From contig CALSNU010000005.1 of assembly GCA_943787795.1 (NCBI GenBank), positions 1-64,000 on the forward strand: DNA of 64,000 nt. The letters are read 5' to 3'. Below the pieces are notes generated by a model. That model saw only the letters and a program-made list of their open reading frames with translations, was not told the DNA's origin and made no database searches. Below, piece after piece: positions 21,806-31,200 of the stretch. Source of the DNA: an uncultured bacterium (GTDB lineage Bacteria > Planctomycetota > UBA1135 > GCA-002686595). The position numbers and the translations under genes are program-made. Positions within the stretch are counted from its first letter, which is position 1; each line of letters starts with the position of its first letter.

Positions 21806-21973
21806 TCAGTCGCGGCGGGCTCCATCGCGGCGGTTGAGGAGCTCAAGCTCGTCGCGCATACGGCGCAGCTCGAGGAGGGCCTCGCGCAGGGTCCTGTGGA
21901 CCTCGAGCGCCCAGGTGAAGAACATCGCGAGGGCGACGCCCAGGATCAGCAGGAGGAGCGGGGATTCGAACAT
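21806..21973 (-). CDS. 55-aa single-pass membrane protein (not in ORF track)
   Basis: MFESPLLLLILGVALAMFFTWALEVHRTLREALLELRRMRDELELLNRRDGARRD*. The ATG is 4 nt after the murQ stop and codons are GC3-rich. Confidence 0.65.
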   Translation of the reverse strand: MFESPLLLLILGVALAMFFTWALEVHRTLREALLELRRMRDELELLNRRDGARRD

Positions 21974-21977
21974 CGCG

Positions 21978-22901
21978 TCAGCTCTTGGGGTCTGGGAGGG
22001 TGCGATCGAGGACGCCCTGAACGGCGTCTAGCTCCCGGCGCGCCGCCGGCGCGTCGAGGTCCCGAGCGGCCATGAGGATGGCCACCTTGGCGCTCCCGCC
22101 GGCCTCGTGGAGGAGCTCCAAGGCGCGCGCTCGGTCCACGCCGCCGAACTCGGCGACGAGCCGGGCGCCGCGGTCCACGAGCTTGGTGTTGGCGCTCGTG
22201 TCCACGTCCACCATGCGCCCCTGGTGCGTCTTGCCGAGCCGGGACATGGTGATGGTGGTGAGGGCGTTGAGCGTCAGCTTGGTCGCGGTCCCGGCCTTGA
22301 GCCGTGACGAACCCGCCAGGACCTCCGGACCCACCAGCAGCCGGATGGAGACGTCGTAGTCGTCCGGGCGCTGCTCTCGGGGGACGCAGGCGATGAAGCC
22401 CGTGGCGGCGCCGAGGTCCCGGGCCCGGCCCAGGGCGCCGTGAACGAATGGCGTCGTGCCGCCCGCCGTGATGCCTACCACGACGTCGGCGCCGGTCACC
22501 TCCAGCTCCTCCACGGCGTCCGCGCCTGCGGCCCCGTCGTCCTCGGCGCCCTCCACCGCGTTCCGTAAGGCCCGCTCGCCGCCGGCGATGATGGCGCGGA
22601 CGAGGCCAGGGTCGACGCCGAAGGTCGGGGGGCACTCGGAGGCGTCGAGCACGGCGAGCCGGCCGCTGGTCCCGGCGCCCACGTAGATCAGGCGGCCGCC
22701 AGCGGCGAGCCGGGTGGAAGTGAGCTCAATGAGGGCCGCGAGGTCCTCCCGGGCGCCGTCGACCGCCGCCACCGCGGCGCGGTCCTCGCTGACCATCAGG
22801 TCGACCGCCGCGGCAGCGTCGAGCCGCTCGAGGCCCGCGCTGCGCGGATTCGCGGCCTCGGTCGCGAGGTGTCCACGATCCGGTCCGGACGGCCCGCTCA
22901 T
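21978..22901 (-). CDS. murQ: N-acetylmuramic acid 6-phosphate etherase
   Basis: Motifs TEAANP, GAGTSGRL, DASECPPTF, AVEGAED and GSSRLKAGTATK. ATGA overlap with the upstream SDR. Confidence 0.95.
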   Translation of the reverse strand: MSGPSGPDRGHLATEAANPRSAGLERLDAAAAVDLMVSEDRAAVAAVDGAREDLAALIELTSTRLAAGGRLIYVGAGTSGRLAVLDASECPPTFGVDPGLVRAIIAGGERALRNAVEGAEDDGAAGADAVEELEVTGADVVVGITAGGTTPFVHGALGRARDLGAATGFIACVPREQRPDDYDVSIRLLVGPEVLAGSSRLKAGTATKLTLNALTTITMSRLGKTHQGRMVDVDTSANTKLVDRGARLVAEFGGVDRARALELLHEAGGSAKVAILMAARDLDAPAARRELDAVQGVLDRTLPDPKS

Positions 22902-23800
22902 GAGGGGGCCGCCCCGGGGCGTCGTCGCCGCTCGAGGCGCTGGCCCGGCTCCCACATGCGCCCCGCTCCCAGGCTCATGCCGCCGTCGATGGTGATGTTC
23001 GCGCCGGTCACATAGGCCGCGGCCTCGCTCGCGAGCCAGAGCACCTGGGCGGCGACCTCCCGGCGATCGGCGAAGCGCTGGAGGGGGACCGACTCGCGGA
23101 TGCGCTGCTCCACGTCGTCGCTTGGCCACAGGTTCTGCTTCGCGCCGTCGGACTCGAAGGGGCCCGGAGCGACGCAGTTGTTGCGGATCCCGTAGCGCGC
23201 CCACTCGACCGCGAGGGTCTTGCTCATGGCGAGCACGCCCGCCTTGGCGCTGGCGCTGTGGACCACACCGGCCATGCCGGTCCAGGCATAGGTGGCGATG
23301 ATGTTGACGATGGAGCCGCCGCGGGGAGCGTCCTCCGCGCCGGGCTGCATCATGTGCTTGCCGAACTCCTTCGAGCAGTAGAAGGTCCCGTCGAGGACGA
23401 TCCCGAGCACGGCGCGCCAGGCGTTGGAGCTCATGCGCTCCGCGGGGCACACGAAGTTGCCCGCCGCGTTGTTGATGAGGACATCCACGGGGCCGAACTC
23501 GTCTTTGATGGAGTCGGCCAGCCGGCGCACGTCCGACGCTTCCCGGACGTCCACCTGGCGCCCGGCGGCCTTCCAGCCGCGCTCGGCAGCCTCCTCCAGG
23601 AACGCAGCCTGGTTGTCAGGGGACCGGGAGGGGATCACCACGGTGGCCCCCAGGCTGGCGAAGCCCCGGCTGATGTCGAGCCCGAGTCCGGTCCCGCCGC
23701 CGGTGACCACGACGGTCTTGCCCTCGAAGGAGCCAGGGGGCAGGTGCCCACCGGCGGTGCTGGCCGCGTCCGCGGCCCCTCTGGAATCCTCACTGCTCAT
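22898..23800 (-). CDS. SDR oxidoreductase, 2,4-dienoyl-CoA reductase-like
   Basis: Motifs TGGGTGLG, NNAAGNF, HSASAKAGV and LAVEW. Confidence 0.88.
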   Translation of the reverse strand: MSSEDSRGAADAASTAGGHLPPGSFEGKTVVVTGGGTGLGLDISRGFASLGATVVIPSRSPDNQAAFLEEAAERGWKAAGRQVDVREASDVRRLADSIKDEFGPVDVLINNAAGNFVCPAERMSSNAWRAVLGIVLDGTFYCSKEFGKHMMQPGAEDAPRGGSIVNIIATYAWTGMAGVVHSASAKAGVLAMSKTLAVEWARYGIRNNCVAPGPFESDGAKQNLWPSDDVEQRIRESVPLQRFADRREVAAQVLWLASEAAAYVTGANITIDGGMSLGAGRMWEPGQRLERRRRPGAAPS

Positions 23801-23895
23801 TGTCCCGAGGGTAGCGGGCGCGGCGGGCCTAATCCGGGCCGGTATCGGATATCGTCTTCGGCCCGAACCCGGGCCCAGACCTCACCCCAGGCAGC

Positions 23896-25443
23896 ATGCA
23901 GACCCTCCAGAGTTACGTCGTCGGCCAGTGGATGGCCGGATCGGGCCAAGGCTCGACCCTCGAGAACCCGACCACCGGCGAGCAAGTCGCCACGTGCAGC
24001 ACCGAGGGCGTCGACTTCGGCGCCGTCGTCCGGCACGCCCGCGAGGTCGGGGGCCCCGCCCTGCGGGCCATGACCTTCGCCGAGCGCGCGGCCATGCTGA
24101 AGGGCCTCTCCGCCGCCATCCATGAGATCCGAGAGGAGCTCATCGATATGGGCGCGGTCAACGGCGGCAACACGCGCGGCGACGCCAAGTTCGACGTGGA
24201 CGGCGCGACCGGGACCCTCGCGGCCTACGCCTCCTTCGGCAAGCGGCTCGGGGACCGTCCGTTCCTCCCGGACGGCGACGGCCTGCAGCTCGGCCGCACC
24301 GCGCGCTTCTGGGGACAGCACATCCGCGTGCCCCGCCGCGGCGCCGCCGTGCACATCAACGCCTTCAACTTCCCCGCGTGGGGGATGATGGAGAAGGCGG
24401 CCTGCGCGCTGCTCGCCGGCGTGCCCGTGATCGAGAAGCCGGGCGCCGCCACGTCGCTCATGGCCTGGCGGATCGCCCAGGTCGTGGTCGAATCCGGCCT
24501 CGTGCCGGAGGGTGCCTTCCAGTTCATCTGCGGCAGCGCCGGGGACCTGCTGGATCACCTGGACGGTCAGGACTGCGTGGCCTTCACCGGCTCCGCGGCC
24601 ACGGGGCGGATCATCCGCGGCAACCCGAACCTGACCGCGAACAACGTGCGCGTGAACATCGAGGCGGACTCCATCAACGCGGCGGTGCTCGCCCCCGACG
24701 TGGACGCCTCCTCGGAGACCTACGGCCTGTTCGTGGGCAACGTGGTCCTCGACATGTGCCAGAAGGCCGGCCAGAAGTGCACCGCGGTGCGCCGCGTCTT
24801 CGTGCCCGAGGATCGCATGGACGAGGTCCAGGCGGACCTCATCGCCGAGCTCGCCCGCTACCCCATGGGGGAGCCCCAGGAGAAGACCACGCGCCTGGGC
24901 CCCGTGGCCCACAGCGCCCAGCTCGCGGACGTGCAGGCCGGCATCGGGCGGCTCTCCGAGGCCGCGGAGATCGTCCACGGTGGCGCCGAGTCGCCCCGCG
25001 AGGGCTGCTTCGTCTCGCCCACGATCCTGCGCGCCAGGGACGCGGACCAGGACGTGCTCCACGAGCTCGAGGTGTTCGGCCCGGTCTTCACGCTGATCCC
25101 CTACGACGGCACCGCCGAGCGCGCGGCCGAGCTGGTCAATCGGGGCGGCGGCGGCCTGGTGGTCAGCGCCTACTTCGCGGAGGACGCCTGGGGGGAGCGC
25201 TTCGTGGTGGACGCCGCGCCCTACCACGGTCGCATCTGGATGGGCTCGGAGCGCATGGCCGAGCAGGCCCTGCCCCCGGGCATGGTCCTGCCGACCCTCG
25301 TCCACGGCGGCCCCGGCCGTGCGGGCGGCGGCGAAGAGCTCGGCGCCCTCCGCGGCCTCGAGTTCTACACCCAGCGCACCGCAGTCCAGGGCTTCAAGAG
25401 CTTCGTCGCCGGCCACTTCGGCCCGACGGACTCGACCGAGTGA
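23896..25443 (+). CDS. Aldehyde dehydrogenase, PaaZ-N/BoxD-like (no MaoC domain)
   Basis: Motifs HINAFNFPAWG, FTGSA, EADSIN, KAGQKCTAVRR and HGGPGRAGGGEELG. Confidence 0.85.
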   Translation: MQTLQSYVVGQWMAGSGQGSTLENPTTGEQVATCSTEGVDFGAVVRHAREVGGPALRAMTFAERAAMLKGLSAAIHEIREELIDMGAVNGGNTRGDAKFDVDGATGTLAAYASFGKRLGDRPFLPDGDGLQLGRTARFWGQHIRVPRRGAAVHINAFNFPAWGMMEKAACALLAGVPVIEKPGAATSLMAWRIAQVVVESGLVPEGAFQFICGSAGDLLDHLDGQDCVAFTGSAATGRIIRGNPNLTANNVRVNIEADSINAAVLAPDVDASSETYGLFVGNVVLDMCQKAGQKCTAVRRVFVPEDRMDEVQADLIAELARYPMGEPQEKTTRLGPVAHSAQLADVQAGIGRLSEAAEIVHGGAESPREGCFVSPTILRARDADQDVLHELEVFGPVFTLIPYDGTAERAAELVNRGGGGLVVSAYFAEDAWGERFVVDAAPYHGRIWMGSERMAEQALPPGMVLPTLVHGGPGRAGGGEELGALRGLEFYTQRTAVQGFKSFVAGHFGPTDSTE

Positions 25444-25497
25444 CCCGGCGACATCACGTGGAGGGGCCATTCAGGCCCGCTCCATGCCCGCGAGCCG

Positions 25498-26961
25498 TCA
25501 GCGGCCCGCGCTCGCCCGCGCGAGCGCGGCGCGGCGGATGGCGATGGCAGCCTCGGTGGCCACGAGGATGTTGCCCGCCGGGTTCAGGTGGACGCCGTCG
25601 GTGGTGAGGCAGCCCCGGGCCTCGCCGGCGGCGTTGAAGATGCGGTCGTGATCGCGGAAGGCGGCGTGCAGATCGCATGGGGTGCGCCCCTCGACCTGGC
25701 CCGCCGCGCGGGCCGCCGCCACGTGTCCGGCCAGCATGGCGTCCAGGTCGTTGTCGCCCTCAGGCCGCTCGCCGATGAGGGTGGGGGTGGCCACGATGTT
25801 CACCGCGCCCAGCTCCTCCTCGAAGGTGGAGGTGAGGGTCTCGAGGCCGGCGGTGTACTCCTCGAGGGGCGTGCCGCGCCCGGACTGGGAGTGCCACACG
25901 TCGTTGATGCCGATGTAGGTGAAGATGATCGTCGCGCCCTTGGCGCGCACGTCGCGCTCCTCCCTGGCGAGCAGGTCAGGGACCTTGTGCCCGCTGATGC
26001 CGGCGGGGATGACCACGGCGTCCGTGTGCACCTCCTTGATCGCGGCGCGGAGTCGGTCCACGTACCCGCCGGGGTTGTTGCCCGCCTGGGTGATGGAGTC
26101 GCCCAGGAAGGCGACGCGCTCCTTCGGGTCGAGGCTCTTCGCCATCAGGCGCGCCGCGGCGTCGAGGCGGCGCGCGGGATCCCGGCGCTGCTCGAAGAGC
26201 CACTCCAGGCAGCCGCCCGGCCGATAGGCCACGTCCCACGCGTTGTGTCCCATGCCCGGCAGCTCGCGGTAGACCGGGCTCTGGTCGAGGGCCCACAGCG
26301 CCGTGACCATCGCGCGGCTCCGGGCGACCGGGACCGCGTCGTCACGGTCACCGTGCCAGATGGAGAGTGGCAGCCCGGCGAGGCGGTCGGCCTGGGTCTC
26401 GTCCCCGCCGCCGCAGATAGGCGCGGCGGCCGCGAACCAGTCGGCGTGGCGGGTGGCCAGGTCAAAGGTGCCGTACCCGCCCATGGAGAGGCCCGTGAGG
26501 TAGATGCGGTCGAGGTCGACCGGATGCTCGGCCACCACCCGGCAGAGGGCCTCGATGGCGCCGCGCATGGGCCCGGTGGGCTCCGCGCTGAGCGGGCTCG
26601 AGGTCACTTCACCCCAGGCGTCATCGGACCACTTGCGGTCCGTCGGGCACTGGGGGGCGATCAGGAAGCAGGGCATGGACGCGCGTCGCTCGTCCGAGGC
26701 CATCCACTCCGGCAGGTACTTGAGCTGGGTGGTGTTGTCGTCGCCCCGCTCGCCGGCGCCGTGGAGGAACAGCACCACGGGATAGCGCTTCCCCTCCTCG
26801 ACCTTCGCCGGGCTCATGAGCCGGAAGGGGATGGTGAGGCCGTCGACCTGGACCTTGTCCGCGGCGTACAGATCCGCGACCGCAGCGGTCACCTGGTGAG
26901 GCTCGGGGGCCGGGGGGAGGGGGGAAGCGATGGCGGAGAGGAGGCTGAGGGTGGCGAGCAT
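25498..26961 (-). CDS. Secreted two-domain esterase: alpha/beta-hydrolase + SGNH/GDSL
   Basis: Signal peptide. Alpha/beta-hydrolase motifs FLHGAGERG, GLSMGG and HGDRD, then SGNH motifs FLGDSIT, GIND and DGVH. Confidence 0.88.
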   Translation of the reverse strand: MLATLSLLSAIASPLPPAPEPHQVTAAVADLYAADKVQVDGLTIPFRLMSPAKVEEGKRYPVVLFLHGAGERGDDNTTQLKYLPEWMASDERRASMPCFLIAPQCPTDRKWSDDAWGEVTSSPLSAEPTGPMRGAIEALCRVVAEHPVDLDRIYLTGLSMGGYGTFDLATRHADWFAAAAPICGGGDETQADRLAGLPLSIWHGDRDDAVPVARSRAMVTALWALDQSPVYRELPGMGHNAWDVAYRPGGCLEWLFEQRRDPARRLDAAARLMAKSLDPKERVAFLGDSITQAGNNPGGYVDRLRAAIKEVHTDAVVIPAGISGHKVPDLLAREERDVRAKGATIIFTYIGINDVWHSQSGRGTPLEEYTAGLETLTSTFEEELGAVNIVATPTLIGERPEGDNDLDAMLAGHVAAARAAGQVEGRTPCDLHAAFRDHDRIFNAAGEARGCLTTDGVHLNPAGNILVATEAAIAIRRAALARASAGR

Positions 26962-26978
26962 GGGACGAGCTTAACGGC

Positions 26979-27434
26979 TCAGGCGCCCGCGGCTCCATCG
27001 GCGGGCTCTGCCGCGGCTCCTTCGCTCGCTCCGCCCGCAGGCATGGCGAGGGTCACGAGGTGCCCGTCGGGGTCCTGGAGGGTCAGCTCCCGCATGCCGT
27101 ACCAGGTGGTCTCTGGCCCCTTGACCCTGGCCTCGGCCGGCACACGGTCGAGGATCGTCTGCGGGTCATAGCCGCGGATGAACACCGTGCCCCAGACGCC
27201 CCCCGGCGCGCCGACCTCCACCTCGGTCAGCTCGGCCGCGAGGCTCGCCCGCGTCTGGAGCATGATCTGGGCCCCCTGCCACTGGAGGCCCGCGAAGACC
27301 GAGCCTGGGCGCAGCTCGCCCTCGGAGTAGCCCTGGTCGGCGTCCACGGACATGGTGACCTCCATGCCCAAGAGGTCCCGATAGAAGGCGATGGAGCCGT
27401 CCATGTCGGCGACGAGGAGGTTGGGAATGATCAT
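26979..27434 (-). CDS. VOC/glyoxalase family protein
   Basis: Motifs PNLLVADMDGSIAFYRDLLG and WYGMRE..DPDG. Confidence 0.88.
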   Translation of the reverse strand: MIIPNLLVADMDGSIAFYRDLLGMEVTMSVDADQGYSEGELRPGSVFAGLQWQGAQIMLQTRASLAAELTEVEVGAPGGVWGTVFIRGYDPQTILDRVPAEARVKGPETTWYGMRELTLQDPDGHLVTLAMPAGGASEGAAAEPADGAAGA

Positions 27435-27574
27435 GGCAGGAGGGGGCAAGGGGCGGCCAGCGAGGGGCCGTGGGGGGGGCCGTGCGGACGAGGGGGCCCG
27501 TGCGGACGGGGGCTCCAGATTCTCCGTCCGGGGAGTGAATGCCGATAGGCGGGCTCAGTAGAACCTCCCCAGAC

Positions 27575-28051
27575 ATGCTGTTGATCCGTCCCAAGAGCTG
27601 GTGGAGAACCTCCTTCGAGGTGACCGAACCGTCCACCCAGACCCGGTTCACGCTCTCTCCCGGTGGGTTCAGGGAGGGCTGCTTCTTCAAGCTCGACGGG
27701 GACCAATACGAGCTCAAGCGGCAGCACTGGTCGGGCGGGGCCTTTCTGCTCGAGTGCAATGGCAGCGTGCTCCTCCGCGCGCACAAGCCGAGCATGTTCA
27801 AGCGCTCCTTCGAGCTGAAGCACGGCCGTGAGCGCTTCACGGTCGCGGTGGAGAGCATGTGGAGCCGAGCCTACGTGCTCCGTCAGGGCTCGCGGGTGCT
27901 CGGGCGGATCGAGCGTACGTCGTGGTGGAGTCAGCGAGCCGAGGCCGACCTCCCCGAGGACCTGCCGCTGGTCTTCAGGGTCTTCGTGGTGTCCCTGGTG
28001 CTCCTGATGTGGCGCCGCGAACACGGCGCCGCGATCAGCGGCGCCAGCTAG
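27575..28051 (+). CDS. Hypothetical protein (scramblase/LURP-one-like beta fold)
   Basis: Repeated 'K/R-x-S-W/M-x-R-x-F/Y' units and a C-terminal hydrophobic helix. Confidence 0.6.
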   Translation: MLLIRPKSWWRTSFEVTEPSTQTRFTLSPGGFREGCFFKLDGDQYELKRQHWSGGAFLLECNGSVLLRAHKPSMFKRSFELKHGRERFTVAVESMWSRAYVLRQGSRVLGRIERTSWWSQRAEADLPEDLPLVFRVFVVSLVLLMWRREHGAAISGAS

Positions 28052-28206
28052 GGGGCGCCGCGGTCCACCGGTCGACGGGCCGCTCCGACAGGGGAGCGGC
28101 GACCCGACCCCCAGGGGCGGCCGCGAACCGGGGAGAGACCCACGCCGGCCAGGCGGGCGCGCCTTCACCTGCGCGCAGAATCCTGCACGCGCCCTAGACT
28201 GGCCCC

Positions 28207-31200
28207 ATGCTCCCCTTCCCCCGTCGCGCCGCCTCGCTCCTCCCCGCCGGACTCCTCCTCGCAGCGCCGCTCCTCGCGCAGGACGCCTCCCCTGGCGACT
28301 CGCTGCTGGGCTCCTTCGAGGTGCCCGAGGGCCTGGACGCCACCCTCTGGGCGGAGTCTCCCTCGCTCTTCAACCCGACGGCCATGGACGTGGACGCCCG
28401 GGGGCGCGTGTGGGTCACCGAGGCGGTGAACTACCGCCAGTGGGGGGGGCGCAACCCCGGCAAGCACTTCGACGGGGGCGACCGGGTCGTGATCCTGGAG
28501 GACACCGACGGCGACGGGGTCTGCGACGCGTCCAAGGTCTTCGTCCAGGACCCCGACCTCACCGCGCCGCTGGGGATCGCCGTCGTGGGGGACCGGATCT
28601 ACGTGTCCTGCTCGCCCAACCTCTACGTGTACGAGGACACCGACGGGGACGACATCGCCGACCGTCGCGAGGTGGTGCTCACCGGCTTCGGCGGCTTCGA
28701 CCACGACCACGGGCTGCACTCGGTGACGCCCCACGTGGACGGCAAGCTCTACGTGGCCGTGGGCAACGCGGGGCCGCACATGGTGACGGGCCCCGACGGC
28801 TGGTCTCTGCGGTCCGGCAGCCTGTACAGCGGCGGCGGCCCGCGGTCGGTGGAGAACCGCCCCGGCCTCGTGAGCGATGACGGCCAGGTGTGGACCGGCG
28901 GGCTCGTGCTGCGCATGAACCACGACGGGTCGGACATCGAGGTCATGGGCCACAACTTCCGGAACAACTACGAGGTGGCGGTCAACGCCATGGGGGAGCT
29001 GTTCACCGCCGACAACGACGACGACGGGAACCGCTCCTGCCGGACCACCTGGATCATGCCGGGGGGCGACTACGGCTTCTTCAGCTCGGACGGCTCGCGC
29101 TCCTGGCAGGCGGATCGCCGCCCGGGGCTCACGACGCAGGAGGCGCACTGGCACCAGGGTGACCCCGGCGTCCTGCCTGCGGGCACGATCAACGGCGGCG
29201 GCGGGCCGACCGGGGTCGCCGTGTACGAGGGGGAGCTCATGGCGCGCTGGATCGACGGCGCGGTGCTCAACTGCGACGCCGGCGCGCGCGTGGTCTACGC
29301 CCACCAGCCCCGGGCCGTGGGCGCGGGGATCGAGCTGGACCCCGGCTTCCTGATCCGCCCTCGGGCGGACGAGACCGGTCAGACCGGTCAGTGGTTCCGT
29401 CCCAGCGACGTCGCGGTCGGCCCCGCGGGTGAGGTCTACGTGGCGGACTGGTACGACCCCGGCGTCGGGGGGCACGCCGCGCGGGACCGGGAGGCCTACG
29501 GGCGGATCCTGCGCATCGCGCCGGCGGGAGCCGAGGTCAAGACGCCCGCCGTGGACGTCAGCGGGTTCCCCGGGGCACTCGCGGCGCTCAAGTCTCCGGC
29601 GCCCGCGGTGCGCGAACTCGCCCGCGCAGCCCTCATGATGATGGGAGATGAGGTCGTGCCCGCGCTCGTGATGGCGGCGGTCAGTCGCGGAGGCGACGAG
29701 CGCTTCGCGGCTCGCTGCGCACAGGTCCTGACCTCGATGGAGCTCGAAGATGATCTCCTGAGGCTCCCTCCTCCCCCGGCAGGCGGCTCGAAGAACCCCT
29801 CCATCGAGATCCCTCCGGCCAGCGTCTTCATGGTCGAGGCCGCGCTGCAGCAGGATGCCCCGTCCACGGCAGCCTCCCTCGTCGGTCACGGCCTGATCGC
29901 GGAGATGGAGCCGGCGATGCTCCGCCGGGTGCTGCAGAGCCTCCGCGGGGAGGCGCTGGAGGGCCCCGTGCTGGAGCTCTGCCTCGAGGCGGCGGCGCGC
30001 GTGGACGGCACGGACCCCTGGCTGCTGGAGGCCCTGGTTCAGGTGCTCGAGCAGGACCCCGATCTCGCCTACGCGGAGCTCTCGGCGTCCTTCGCGGACA
30101 CGCCTCTCGCATGGGACGCGCGCTTCGAGGCCCTGGCCTGGCGGCTGCACCCCGAGGGCGCCGTGGTGGCGCTCGCGGCCCGCGCCATGAGCCCGCAGCT
30201 GGACGCCGGCGCTCGGCGGCGGGCGCTCGACGCTCTGGCCTTCGCCCCGGGCCGCGCCGCGGCCGACGCCGTGGCCGTGGCGGCGGTGGCTGGCCCCGAG
30301 GACCTGCGCGGCTACGCCGGCTGGTGGGTTGAGCACCGCAGCGGCAACGACTGGCGGGACTACGGGCTGAACATCTCCACCGGGACCCTCGCCGACGCGG
30401 AGCGGGCCTGGACGAGCGAGGTCATGGGCGAGGGCACCGCCGACTTCGACGTCGAGCTCGACCGCGTCTCCATGGCGTGGCTGGTGGTGACCAACGGTGG
30501 TGACGGGAACTCCTGCGACTGGGCGGCCTGGATCGACCCGCGCGTGGTGATGGCCGACGGGCGCGAGGTGTCGCTCTCGAGCGGCTGGGTGGAGGCTCGC
30601 GCCGAGTGGGGCAGCGTCAACTCGAACCGTGACCCCCAGGGCGGCCCGCTCGAGGTCGGAGACGCAACGTACGAGCGCGGCATCGGGACCCACGCCCACA
30701 GCGAGGTGGCCTTCGCGATCCCCGCGGGCGCGGTGCGCCTCGTGGGCAGCTGCGGCCCCGAGCGGGGCGGCACGGACCAGAACATCGGGTCCAGCACGTC
30801 GGTGAGCTTCGAGGTCTGGCTCGAGCGCGCGGACGAGCCGGCGGCGGTCCTCGAGTGGCTCGCGGAGTTCATGTCCGAGGACGCCTCGGCGGAGGGGCGC
30901 GCGGCGGCGCTGCAGCGGCTCGCCTCCAACGAGCAGGGCGCCCTGCTCTTGATCCAGGCCAAGCGCGACGGGGAGCTGGACCTCGCGGCGGTGCCCGAGG
31001 TCGCGGCGCTGCTCCACGGCAGCGACCAGCTCGCGATCCGCGCCCTCGCGAGCGAGCATTTTGAGCGGCCGGGCATGGAGGGGGCGGCGATCCCGTCGAT
31101 GGCGGCGTTGATGGCGCTTGAGGGCGACGCGGCGCGTGGGCGCGAGGTGTTCCTGGACGAGGAGCGCGCGCGGTGCGTCACGTGCCACGCCTTTCAGCTC

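Noticed and set aside
27463..27512. Short GGGGCC(C)GTGCGGACG duplication between divergent genes
   Set aside because: Only two copies; too weak to call regulatory.
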